DNA from: Fidelibacterota bacterium
GTDB lineage: Bacteria > Fidelibacterota > Marinisomatia > Marinisomatales > JABMOV01
Length of the DNA stretch: 35,508 nt
Reading direction: 5' to 3'
Assembly: GCA_046861395.1 (NCBI GenBank)
Contig: JBHHUC010000020.1
Span: forward strand, 1 to 35,508
Shown here: positions 1 through 11,524 of the stretch, piece by piece
Layout of the letters: each line of letters begins with the position of its first letter
How positions within the stretch are numbered: position 1 is the first letter of the stretch
Translations under genes and position numbers: made by a program
The notes under the pieces: generated by a model
What the model was told of the DNA's origin: nothing
Seen by the model: only the letters and a program-made list of their open reading frames with translations
The model's database searches: none

Positions 1-310
1 TATAAACACCGAAATTAAGAAAAATAGCATCGTAGCTGGAATAATCCGTCGGTAGTACGCTATTAACCGCTGGGTGTGTGACGGTGTACCCTTGAGACTG
101 GAGGTACGTATCCCAGGCATTGCCACTGAGATTTGCAGCTTCCCCGTCCCATACAAATACGTTTTGGGCTGAGAGAGGTAATATTAAGAAAAGAAAGAGA
201 TACGCAACTTTCAAGGTTTCTCCAACGAAAGTTCCCTCGATGAGCCTCACAATTGATGTGTAAAGCTTTTTTTCGAGTTTGACTTTAAAATCATTAACGT
301 TGTAACGCAT
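1..310 (-). CDS. Secreted protein, truncated by the window edge (probably a larger cell-surface protein)
   Basis: Not in the ORF track. I read an open frame from ATG 310 (AGAGG RBS) to the edge: MRYNVNDFKV...LKVAYLFLFLILPLSAQNVFVWDGEAANLSGNAWDTYLQSQGYTVTHPAVNSVLPTDYSSYDAIFLNFGVY. An alternative in-frame TTG at 214 with a GGAG RBS gives a compact signal peptide, MKVAYLFLFLILPLSA|Q. Confidence 0.8.
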   Translation of the reverse strand, partial: MRYNVNDFKVKLEKKLYTSIVRLIEGTFVGETLKVAYLFLFLILPLSAQNVFVWDGEAANLSGNAWDTYLQSQGYTVTHPAVNSVLPTDYSSYDAIFLNFGVY

Positions 311-513
311 AAATACCTCTCGCTTTACCTAAAATCTTGTCAGTTTTTCTCATATTTAATCTTATTGTGCCTGTCACTCACTTGATAATGATGAGTACTA
401 AAGCTTTCGTAATTATTAATTATTATGGTCGTGTCAGACACAGAGTCGATTAATCTAATACCAAATCTTTTCTTCACATCCTTCATCATGTTAGTGCCAG
501 GTATAGAAACCAA

Positions 514-1203
514 TTACGGCATTGCTGGGGGTTCTGGTAAAGAGGCTGGTGCTTCTTCGGCTCCCAATAGCAGATAGGCTGCTGCACCACCACCGACCAG
601 AACGACACTACCCCACAATAACCAGTTCGGGCCGCCTTTTTCGCCAGCTGGTTTTTTCGCAACCGCTGGTTCCTCACCGGCTGCCTTTTGGGCCAGTAAT
701 TCTTCCGGGGCTTCCAATCCCATGATTTCCCAGGCCAGGATTTCAATTTCCGTGATCAGTCCGTCAATTTCACCTTTATAGGTTTTACTGACAGTTTTTT
801 CCGTTTCCCCCGTTTCAACGGAAAACATCTTGGCATCAATGGTATAACTGTTCCCGATCTTTCCAAAGGAACCGGAAATCATGTGTTGTACTCCCAGCAA
901 AGCTCCCACTTCGGCGGCACATTCGGCCGTGGTACACCCCGATTGTTGAAAGCCCTGCTCATCCAGGATTTCATTCATCTGGTTCCGTTCCACCAGAATC
1001 ATGACATCCGTTTGGGCTAATTCGCTGCTGAGACGATCGGTAAGGGTTTGTGATTCAAGCTGGGAAATGCCTCGTCCTTCGAAATCCAGGACCGCTACGG
1101 TTTCTTTTTGTTGACTGGCCGCTGAGGACAAGGTGGTCAGGTGTAAAATCAAGGCACTCATAAACAAGCGCCACCCATGTGATGGTTTCAAAGATTTCAT
1201 CAT
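514..1203 (-). CDS. CsgG/HfaB/FlgO-like (TolB-N fold) periplasmic-domain protein with C-terminal hydrophobic helix and Pro-rich tail
   Basis: Signal peptide, then TVAVLDFEGRG...LTDRLSSEL...LVERNQMNEILDEQGFQQSGC...GALLGVQHMISGSFGKIG...IDAKMFSVETGE, which is the typical CsgG-like pattern. Ends in WLLWGSVVLVGGGAAAYLLL...LPEPPAMP. Confidence 0.75.
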   Translation of the reverse strand: MMKSLKPSHGWRLFMSALILHLTTLSSAASQQKETVAVLDFEGRGISQLESQTLTDRLSSELAQTDVMILVERNQMNEILDEQGFQQSGCTTAECAAEVGALLGVQHMISGSFGKIGNSYTIDAKMFSVETGETEKTVSKTYKGEIDGLITEIEILAWEIMGLEAPEELLAQKAAGEEPAVAKKPAGEKGGPNWLLWGSVVLVGGGAAAYLLLGAEEAPASLPEPPAMP

Positions 1204-1271
1204 GCTCTCTCTTTCCCCGTTTCCCGGGGGTATTAACGTTGCAATAATACGTTTTACAACTAAACGAGGCT

Positions 1272-1910
1272 TTAATCCCCGTCACTTTCGGCAAGCAATT
1301 GATCAATCATGTGCGTCAGCTCACCTTCAAAATCTTCCCCTTCGTGAAATCCTTTTTTCGTCAACCGTACGGTCTGGTACCGGTCAATAATAAACAGTCG
1401 CGGGAGCGTACTAACATGATAACGGTCTTTGGCAACACCACGTGTATCATAGAGAATGGGAATCGTAATTCCTTTTTTCGTCAGAAATTCACCGGCGTGA
1501 GGAGAATCTTCAAAACCAGGATTATTCCTCGTCGCTTCAGTAATATCGATCAGGAAGAATTTCACCTTCTTCCCTTCATAGGCCTCATACAAATTCTGCA
1601 AATGAGGCAATTCTTTCATGCAGGGTTGGCACCAGGTTGCAAAAAAGCTCAGAACAACAATATGGCGGTCAGGTTGTGTGGAAAACCGACGTAACCGTTG
1701 GCCTTTTTCAATCGTCCAGTTCTTAAGAAATTCAAACTTTCCGGGGGCATACATGAGCGCCCAGGACGGAGCCAGGTCACCGGCCTTTAAACTGCTATCC
1801 TCCGGAGGTACATCTCCCTCGGGAACGGCAACTTCCTGTTCCTGTGCTATCAGGACAGAACCGAGTAGCAATAAAATCCATAATACAATAATCCCGTGTC
1901 TTCTTGTCAT
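1272..1910 (-). CDS. TlpA/ResA-family exported thiol-disulfide oxidoreductase
   Basis: Signal peptide, AGDLAP, VVLSFFATWCQPCMKELPHL (CxxC), and the cis-Pro loop TLPRLFIID. Confidence 0.9.
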   Translation of the reverse strand: MTRRHGIIVLWILLLLGSVLIAQEQEVAVPEGDVPPEDSSLKAGDLAPSWALMYAPGKFEFLKNWTIEKGQRLRRFSTQPDRHIVVLSFFATWCQPCMKELPHLQNLYEAYEGKKVKFFLIDITEATRNNPGFEDSPHAGEFLTKKGITIPILYDTRGVAKDRYHVSTLPRLFIIDRYQTVRLTKKGFHEGEDFEGELTHMIDQLLAESDGD

Positions 1911-1922
1911 AGTCCTTCCTAA

Positions 1923-2765
1923 TTAGTCTAATAAAATTAGTACACGACAGTCACTCAGAACATTGAATTTCTGGTTAACTTGCTGCATTTTCCAGCCATC
2001 CTGTCCACTTACGACTATATCTGTTTTATTTACGCCCTGAACTGACATGGCTTTGACCACCAGCGGATTCCCTTTTACGCGGGCATCTTCCTGAGCCGTT
2101 TCCAATGATTTGGAATAGCCGGCCACACCGTTTTTAATGGCATATTCCCGGGTGTAATTCCCCGGCCCATAGATCACGGTACCGTTTTGTCCCAGGATTT
2201 TAGGTGCCAGGGCCGGCCGGGCTCCCAGTCCCCGGGCATCAATGATGATTCCGGTTACGGGTCCTGCACTGACCGGATCTGTTACAGCCTCTTCCGGCGG
2301 TGGCAACAGGGCCGGTGCCGCCGCTGCCGTTGCCGGTGTAACAATTTCCGAAATACCTGACATGGATACACCCATGGTTACTTCCACCGATGTATCACTC
2401 AGATACCGGACTTCGCCAATCTGATAAGCACCTCGAATGACACCGCTTACTTTTTCCTTCACGACTTCATCCACCATCCGATTCCGCATAGTGGATTCGC
2501 TGGTGAGGGTGATCCCGTTCACCATTTCGATCAACTGGCGTCGGGCATCGGTCTTGGCGGCACGAATGGCCATGGCGCGGGCCTGGCCGGCATTGACGGC
2601 ATATTCCGGAATCGATCCGATGCCGGTGGCCGTAATTATACCCTGAGAATAATTGATTGCTCCTCGGTCCGTTTCCTCAATGACGGCCCCGGGAATGACG
2701 CCGTAACCAAATTGACTCCATACCAGAACTGGCACCATAAAAAACAGGATTGATAATTTTTTCAT
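1923..2765 (-). CDS. LPP20/FlgP-like domain exported protein
   Basis: ITATGIG...ARAMAIRAAKTDARRQLIEMVNGITLTSES matches the LPP20 pattern. Ala/Pro linker, then a C-domain TGIIIDARGL..RPALAPKI. Sec signal peptide without a lipobox Cys. AGGAG RBS. Confidence 0.7.
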   Translation of the reverse strand: MKKLSILFFMVPVLVWSQFGYGVIPGAVIEETDRGAINYSQGIITATGIGSIPEYAVNAGQARAMAIRAAKTDARRQLIEMVNGITLTSESTMRNRMVDEVVKEKVSGVIRGAYQIGEVRYLSDTSVEVTMGVSMSGISEIVTPATAAAAPALLPPPEEAVTDPVSAGPVTGIIIDARGLGARPALAPKILGQNGTVIYGPGNYTREYAIKNGVAGYSKSLETAQEDARVKGNPLVVKAMSVQGVNKTDIVVSGQDGWKMQQVNQKFNVLSDCRVLILLD

Positions 2766-2777
2766 GATTTCTCCTCC

Positions 2778-3911
2778 TTATTGGACTATTTCGGCGGTAA
2801 TTCGATTTCCGCTCAGTCCGGTAATTTTAAAACTGAAGCCGTCCGGAGCCGTTCGACTCAATCCCATGGCCAGAGCCTGGGCATTTCCTTCAAATTCAAT
2901 TTCATATTCCGCCACGCCATCATTCAGCGTTTTGGCATAGGCATTCCGAATCCCCGGAACCGTCTGGGCTTTCAGGAATGACTCAAACATCATATAGGAA
3001 CCGAAATCAGCATTTTTAACCACCATGTATATCTTGGTGAAATTAGCCTGTTGGGTGCTCCATTTCAGGATCAGTTTCTGAATAATTTCACGTCCCAGTT
3101 TTTCCGCTGCTTCATTCACAGCATTGACACCGGCTGTGGAGGCTGAAATGTGGGGCGTTTTCCCCCGGGCCTGCGGCACCACCGCCAAGATTTCCCCCGT
3201 GTCCACCCTGACAATCTTGCCGTTAATATCGGCCTGTCCCGAATACATATTATAAAATTTACCGCCGGAACTGATCTTAGCCGTTCCAATAACAATGATA
3301 TCCGCGCCCAGTGAGCCAGCAATTTTGGCTGCCGCAGCCACATTCCCGCTCAATGCCTCATCATAGTCCGGTTCTCCCTTCATGGCGGCCACCAATTGAC
3401 GGTCCACTACGTCAAAACCTTTTTCATAGAACATGCTCAGGAGCTTGGTTTCGGCAAAATCGGTAGGTGTATTGTCAATCAAGTTTTCTTCACGAATCAG
3501 AAACATGATCTTGGGACGGGATAAACTGTTCAACAAGGTTTGCAGTGCTACCTCATTCTGTAGAATTTCATCTAAGATGGCTGTCACCTCGGCCTGGATC
3601 TCCACCGTCCATAATCCATCGGGGCCCTCATCCTCCGACACAACTTCAAATGTTTTCACGAATCCCTGGGCCTTGGAATAAATATTATCGGAAAAAACAG
3701 CTGAATTTTTCACGATGGTTTCCGATGATATTACGGCTCCCAGTCCCTGTTCCACCGCATCCCGCTTGGCTTGCTCGATTGCGGCATCCTTGGTTAAGCC
3801 CATGCCCGTCCCGTTCACCGTCAAGGACTGAGCGGTCAAATAGGTGATTTGAGTCATTATCACCAGTGCAAAAATGAATTTCAGTCGACGATATAAATAT
3901 TTTACCACCAA
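2778..3911 (-). CDS. FlgT N-terminal-like domain protein with central CsgG/TolB-N-like domain
   Basis: VNGTGMG..KDAAIEQAKRDAVEQGLGAVISSET...KAQGFVKTFEVVSE...VEIQAEV resembles FlgT_N. The middle region has GFDVVD...GADIIVIGTAK...IVRVDTGEILA. AAGGAG RBS; the start is TTG 3911 or GTG 3908. Confidence 0.7.
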   Translation of the reverse strand: MVVKYLYRRLKFIFALVIMTQITYLTAQSLTVNGTGMGLTKDAAIEQAKRDAVEQGLGAVISSETIVKNSAVFSDNIYSKAQGFVKTFEVVSEDEGPDGLWTVEIQAEVTAILDEILQNEVALQTLLNSLSRPKIMFLIREENLIDNTPTDFAETKLLSMFYEKGFDVVDRQLVAAMKGEPDYDEALSGNVAAAAKIAGSLGADIIVIGTAKISSGGKFYNMYSGQADINGKIVRVDTGEILAVVPQARGKTPHISASTAGVNAVNEAAEKLGREIIQKLILKWSTQQANFTKIYMVVKNADFGSYMMFESFLKAQTVPGIRNAYAKTLNDGVAEYEIEFEGNAQALAMGLSRTAPDGFSFKITGLSGNRITAEIVQ

Positions 3912-4065
3912 TCTCTCCTTGCTAATGCTTAGTAAAATTAGAGTATCTCATTGCATTTTGCAATCGTCACGTGTAAAATGTGATATGTCTCATGGAAGAA
4001 CCATATCAATTTTTCCCAACTTCCTTTATGCCCCAGGCATCCTTTCAACCAAAAAGGGTAGTTCT

Positions 4066-5190
4066 ATGAAAAACACACATTTTAATCTACTGACATTAAG
4101 TGTCCTGATTCTCCTGGCGGGTTGTAGTCAAAAACCTGTCAGCAATGTGGACACGCCGGAAAATCATTTTTCAGCCGGAATGCGTTTGCTGGATGAAGAA
4201 AATTATACTGGAGCCATTGCCTCGTTTGAGCGAGCCCTTGATCTGGACAAGAAATTCGCACCGGCCTACGGAGGTCTGGCAATTGCCAATGCTTATCTGG
4301 GGAAACCGAACCGGGCGGAGTACTATATCCAGGAAGCCCTGAACCGGGCGGGAAAAGATCCTGCTGTTCTCACCCTCGGTGGCCGGGCCTGGCTGGCAAT
4401 GAAAGATCAAAAAAAGAACTGGTATAAGAAAGCGACCCAGTTATTGGATAAAGCGGTAAAAATTGATAAAAATCATGATGCCGCCCTGTATTATTCCGGG
4501 TTGGCCCGGTTTTACAATTATGAATTTGCAGCGGCGGAAAGTTTTTTCAGCAAAGCAGTCAGCCAAAAGGGGGACTATAGCGGCAAAGCAGATTCCAAAT
4601 GGCAATTGACACAAAAAATTGTCCGTGCCATGCCGGGAACGGAAGCAGGACAAAAAGTGGCCGTTCAGGAAACCATTACCCGGGCCGACCTGGCTGTTTT
4701 GTTCATAGAAGAATTGAAAATCGGGGAACTCATGGCCAAAATGCCTCAACCTGGCCAGGGCTTTCAAACCCCGGATCAGATGAATGCCGCCGGTCAGGGA
4801 TTAACGGCCGATGATATTAACGGGCATTGGGCCGAAGTCTGGATTCGGGATGCCTTGAATTATAATGTCATTGAAATGCAGGGTGATGGAAAATTTTATC
4901 CCGATGAAACCGTTACCCGGGCCGGTTTCGCCATGGCAGTTCAACGGCTCCTGGTGACGGCAACCCGTGATTTCAGTCTGGAAACCCGCTATTTCGGAGA
5001 ATCCCCGTCCCGGTTTGCCGATGTCCCCAGCAGTCACCCGGCCTATAATGCCATGGCGCTCTGCGTGGAACGGGGCATCATGCAGGCCGATGTTATGACC
5101 GGTAATTTCAATCCCACCGGAGCGGTCACCGGCGCCGATGCTCTATTAATCATCCGTACTTTGCAGAACAATCTGCGGATGACGTTTTAA
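4066..5190 (+). CDS. TPR + S-layer homology (SLH) domain lipoprotein
   Basis: Start reassigned to ATG 4066 (MKNTHF...LLLAGC lipobox). N-terminal TPRs (YTGAIASFERALDLDKKFAPAYGGLA). SLH repeats DINGHWAE...DGKFYPDETVTRAGFA and FADVPSSHPAYNA...GNFNPTGAVTGADA. Confidence 0.85.
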   Translation: MKNTHFNLLTLSVLILLAGCSQKPVSNVDTPENHFSAGMRLLDEENYTGAIASFERALDLDKKFAPAYGGLAIANAYLGKPNRAEYYIQEALNRAGKDPAVLTLGGRAWLAMKDQKKNWYKKATQLLDKAVKIDKNHDAALYYSGLARFYNYEFAAAESFFSKAVSQKGDYSGKADSKWQLTQKIVRAMPGTEAGQKVAVQETITRADLAVLFIEELKIGELMAKMPQPGQGFQTPDQMNAAGQGLTADDINGHWAEVWIRDALNYNVIEMQGDGKFYPDETVTRAGFAMAVQRLLVTATRDFSLETRYFGESPSRFADVPSSHPAYNAMALCVERGIMQADVMTGNFNPTGAVTGADALLIIRTLQNNLRMTF

Positions 5191-5225
5191 TTTTCCGCCG
5201 GTCGATCAACCGGTAATCCACATGG

Positions 5226-5257
5226 AAAAAGGGTCGCAATTAACCGCGGCCCTTTTT
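5226..5257 (+). terminator. Rho-independent terminator (symmetric, possibly bidirectional)
   Basis: AAAAAGGGTCGC-aattaacc-GCGGCCCTTTTT hairpin with a T-tract, about 35 nt after the TPR-SLH stop. Confidence 0.8.
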
Positions 5258-5274
5258 AATATCCGGAAAAGTGG

Positions 5275-6117
5275 ATGGATAGATTGCGCCTAACTCTGAC
5301 GGATAAATTACTTATCATCTATGAGCTGATTCTTTCAGCTCTCATCATGTTATCGTCCCGTCCGGGTATCGCCACCGGAAAACATCTGACCATCAATGCG
5401 GTGCTCATTATCGCCATCCTATTGTTGAATTCTATCCCTTCATCCCACCGAAGCATGCAGTTCCTACACCGGTTTTACCCCATCTTCCTCATGGCCTGGC
5501 TCTATCCCCAGGCCTGTGAGTTGCGCTGGCTTTTCCACGGACAGGAATTCGACGCTATATTGCTGAACTGGGAACGAATAATCATTGGCCGGGAATTATA
5601 TCTGGATTTCGCTCGCTGGCCCCTGCCTGTCCTGGAGTTTTTTCACGGTATCTATTTTTTCTATTACCTGGGACTCTTTCTTTTCGCATTCAGGGCCTGG
5701 CAACAACAACATCCTTTGGTTCCGGCCTACGTTTTTACTCTGACCTTTTCCTCCCTCCTGCATCATATCTTTATCATTGCTTTTCCCGCCTCTGGTCCGC
5801 CCTTGTTACGTCCCGATATCATGCCCGATGGCGTAATTTTCATCCCCATGATGAACTGGATTTACAATAATGTCGACCGGGGCGGTGGCGCCTTTCCCAG
5901 CCTGCATGTTGCTTCCACTGTAATATTTACCATTTTTGCCCTGCGTTTTTCTCCCCGCTTCCGAACTGGAAAGCTGGTCTTTGCCATTCTGATCCTCTGC
6001 TCTACCGTCATAGGTTCATTTCATTATACGATTGACACGGCAACCGGGGCATGGACCGGCCTGCTGGCTTATTTTGCCGGAACCTGGCTGTTTCAGCAAT
6101 GGGAACAACCGCGATGA
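5275..6117 (+). CDS. PAP2-superfamily integral membrane protein (AUR1/inositolphosphotransferase-like)
   Basis: Multiple TM helices; motifs FPASGP, AFPSLHVA and STVIGSFHYTID. Confidence 0.8.
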   Translation: MDRLRLTLTDKLLIIYELILSALIMLSSRPGIATGKHLTINAVLIIAILLLNSIPSSHRSMQFLHRFYPIFLMAWLYPQACELRWLFHGQEFDAILLNWERIIIGRELYLDFARWPLPVLEFFHGIYFFYYLGLFLFAFRAWQQQHPLVPAYVFTLTFSSLLHHIFIIAFPASGPPLLRPDIMPDGVIFIPMMNWIYNNVDRGGGAFPSLHVASTVIFTIFALRFSPRFRTGKLVFAILILCSTVIGSFHYTIDTATGAWTGLLAYFAGTWLFQQWEQPR

Positions 6118-7079
6118 AACGATTCCTTCCGTTCATCCTGAGTCTGACCGTGTACGGCTGTGTGGAACACCTGATTTTCGTCCGGGTTTTACCTTCCGGC
6201 GACGCGGAAATAACCATTACCTCCCGCGGAGATTCCACCGATATCAGGGATGATGATTTTCTTCACCCCCAATTGTCCCCCTGGCACCAGGAAGTCCATC
6301 GTGAAAAAAAGGATGATGAAATCGTATTGGTCCAGGTCTCAACGGCCATATTGCAGTCGGACACCATTCCCCTGCCGGGACGAACCGGCCCGGGGATTCA
6401 AACCTATAGTATCCGGATGCAAAAAAACAGGGGTTGGTTCGTAACAACCTACCGTTTCAGGGAACGATTCAAGGGACGGGAACTATACATCAAGTCTCCC
6501 CGGCTGGCAACCGCCATCGGGAATAACGAAGCGGCGGATAGCACGCAGTGGGAAACGGAAGCCTTGAATTATATATTTCATTCTGCCATTGACGATCTGG
6601 ACCAGGATTCCGCTCTCGTCCTACCCTACGGCATGCCGGACCGCATCAAGACCCACTTCACCAACTACCTGGCACATGTTGAAGCCCTGAAGGTCTATGA
6701 GGAACTCTCCCAGCAACCGGACGTGATGCTGCGCAAAATCCTGTCCCCTTTCCTGCCAGACCTCCCGGATGAATACATTCCCCGGTTCCGAGATGCCATG
6801 CAACCCTATGAACAGGATATTGCCACCTCCTATCATCTGAATGATGACCAATTTACCGTCGCCGTCATTCTGCCGGGGCAAGTATACTCGACCAATGCTG
6901 ATACAATTGCCGGCGATACTCTGAAATGGTCATTCTCCGTGGAAGCCTTCATCAACGACGATTTGATTCTGGACGCCACCTCCATGGTGATTTCACCCGC
7001 CTCTTTCCAGCGTACGGTTGTATTCGCCACTCTCATTCTTGTCATTGTATTTTTCATGGGATGGAAACTGAAAAAGTGA
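6114..7079 (+). CDS. Hypothetical lipoprotein with C-terminal TM helix (LppM/DUF3153-like)
   Basis: Start at ATG 6114 (ATGA overlap with the upstream stop); MKRFLPFILSLTVYGC lipobox; VILPGQVYSTNAD...TLKW motif; C-terminal TM followed by KLKK. Confidence 0.65.
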   Translation: MKRFLPFILSLTVYGCVEHLIFVRVLPSGDAEITITSRGDSTDIRDDDFLHPQLSPWHQEVHREKKDDEIVLVQVSTAILQSDTIPLPGRTGPGIQTYSIRMQKNRGWFVTTYRFRERFKGRELYIKSPRLATAIGNNEAADSTQWETEALNYIFHSAIDDLDQDSALVLPYGMPDRIKTHFTNYLAHVEALKVYEELSQQPDVMLRKILSPFLPDLPDEYIPRFRDAMQPYEQDIATSYHLNDDQFTVAVILPGQVYSTNADTIAGDTLKWSFSVEAFINDDLILDATSMVISPASFQRTVVFATLILVIVFFMGWKLKK

Positions 7080-7543
7080 ATCAAAAAACATATGTAATTC
7101 TGATCCTGCTTTTGCTGGTAAGCGTCGGACGGAGTCAGGCTCCGGTCCTCACTATCGAGCAAGCCGAAACGGTGTTGCAATTCTACCTAAATGATCACTT
7201 TCCCGATTATCCCCCGGCCGGTATCCGCATCTATCCCAACGACAGGCATTATGCTCTCCGGCTTGACATCCGGTTGGAAACAACGGTTGACATATCGCTT
7301 ATTATCGACCTTTTCGATGCCATCGACAATGTATGTCAGTATGCCCGGGATACCATTTCCGTTTATACCGTTATCACCCACAAACCGGACCAGATTACAC
7401 CCACCATTTTTGAGGCCGAGGCTTCCTGTACGGCGGCTTTATTTCGTTATAAAAACCTATCCCGAAGAAATTGGCTGGGTACGTGTTTGATTCGTCGTGA
7501 ATCCTTAGCCCCCTATTCTTTAACCCCCACCAACCAACCTTAA
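7076..7543 (+). CDS. Hypothetical exported protein
   Basis: GTG 7076 overlaps the upstream TGA. Signal peptide MNQKTYVILILLLLVSVGRS|Q. The ORF fills the gap in the operon. Confidence 0.6.
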   Translation: MNQKTYVILILLLLVSVGRSQAPVLTIEQAETVLQFYLNDHFPDYPPAGIRIYPNDRHYALRLDIRLETTVDISLIIDLFDAIDNVCQYARDTISVYTVITHKPDQITPTIFEAEASCTAALFRYKNLSRRNWLGTCLIRRESLAPYSLTPTNQP

Positions 7544-7551
7544 TTTCAACC

Positions 7552-9017
7552 ATGCAATCCAAATCACCCCGCGATCTTTTCAATCAAATCCGTTACGATT
7601 TTATCGGACTGAATACCGAATACACGCTGGCGGATGGTCGCCGAACACCTCGGATTTATCTTGATTCCACCGCCTCCACTCTCATGATGGGACTGGCACA
7701 CCGGGCGTTAAATTCCTTCTATCGGCATTATTCCAACACACACAGCCTGCTACATTTTTCAGCCAAAATCTCGACCCGTGAATATCAATGGGCCCATGAC
7801 CGTATCCTTGATTTTCTCCAAGCCGATCGTGAAACATATGCCTGTTTTTTCGCCGGGTCCGGCACGACGGCGGGAATGAACCGCATGGCCCGTGTCTTTC
7901 GTGATTTTCGTCCCGAGCGGGACACGGTCCTGATTTCCCTCATGGAACACCATTCCAATGATCTGCCCCACCGTAAGCATGCCGGCCAGGTGATTCATTT
8001 ACCCCTGGATGTCCATAATCACAAACCGGGTTGCATAGATTTACAGGCCCTGGAAACAGAACTGAAAAAGAACCAGGGCCGCATTAATTATGTGGCCGTA
8101 ACGGCTGTCAGCAACGTCACGGGAATTATTAATCCCATCTATGACATCGCCGAAATGGCGCATCATTACGGTGCTTTGATTCTGGTGGACGGGGCCCAGG
8201 CAGCGGCTCATATGCCTGTCGTCATTTCCAATTCCGCACATCCGGAACGCAACCTTGATGCCTTTGTCTTTTCAGGACATAAAACATACGTGCCCGGATC
8301 GCCCGGTGTAGTGGTTTGCCGAAAAGATATTTTAAACGCCATGGAACCGGAAGAAGTTGGCGGCGGCATGGTACACCGGGTTTATACAGAATATTATACT
8401 ATCAAGGATGATTTCCCCGACCGGGAAGAAGCCGGGACGCCCAACATTCCCGGTGCTATTGCCCTAGGCGTCGCCATCGATATACTGGATCGTATCGGAA
8501 TGGAATTCATTTTTGCCGAAGAGATGGAATTTATCCGTCTGGCGCTGGACCGCCTGGCAACGGTCCCGGATATTCATCTCTACGGGGAAACGGATTGCAA
8601 TGTCTGCCAGCGAGCGGCCAGCATTTCCTTCAACATCCTGGGGCTGGATCACGGTCTGGTGGCCGCTGCACTGAATGATTATTTCAACATTGCTGTTCGC
8701 AACGAATGTTTCTGTGCCCATCCCTACGTAAAAGAAATGATCATGGGTGATCTGGCTGAGAAGGCCTTAATCCTGGATGAAGAAGCTCTGCTGTTGAAAC
8801 AGGGAATGGTTCGGGCCTCCTTCGGATTGTACAGCCGGGAAAGCGATATCGAGGCCCTGGTGATCGCCTTGACGGATATTGCCACCCACAAAAAGAAGTA
8901 TCGGAAGCTTTACGTCCCGGGTGAAGGAGGAAATTACCGCCACCGGTCATTCGTTCCGGAAACCAACCAATATTGCCTCCGGGACTTTATTGACGCAGCT
9001 CTGATGGGGGACAGGAA

Positions 9018-9021
<4 letters not shown>
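7552..9021 (+). CDS. Class V PLP-dependent aminotransferase, cysteine desulfurase/selenocysteine lyase-like
   Basis: IYLDSTAST, MEHHSNDLP, LVDGAQ, FSGHKTY (PLP Lys), EAGTPNI, RNECFCAHPY (catalytic Cys region) and GMVRASFGLY. Confidence 0.9.
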
Positions 9022-11452
<2,431 letters not shown>

Positions 11453-11478
11453 TTTGTCTCCTTTATCTGTATTTCAAT

Positions 11479-11488
11479 CTGTAACTTT
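11479..11488 (+). promoter_or_regulatory. Putative -10-like element CTGTAACTT upstream of the DUF4920/PepSY-TM genes
   Basis: The identical 9-mer CTGTAACTT also occurs at 19649-19657 upstream of another gene start. Confidence 0.3.
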
Positions 11489-11524
11489 CAAGGTTTTTCA
11501 ACATCAATTGCAGGAGTGTTCATC

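Noticed and set aside
514..1203. Calling the CsgG-like gene a curli secretion channel (csgG)
   Set aside because: It has no lipobox and no csgA/B/E/F neighbours, and the transmembrane beta-hairpins appear to be absent. Only the periplasmic fold is supported.
3874..4065. 64-aa N-terminal extension of the TPR-SLH ORF in the ORF track
   Set aside because: It overlaps the divergent gene start and the promoter region. ATG 4066 gives a canonical lipoprotein signal peptide.
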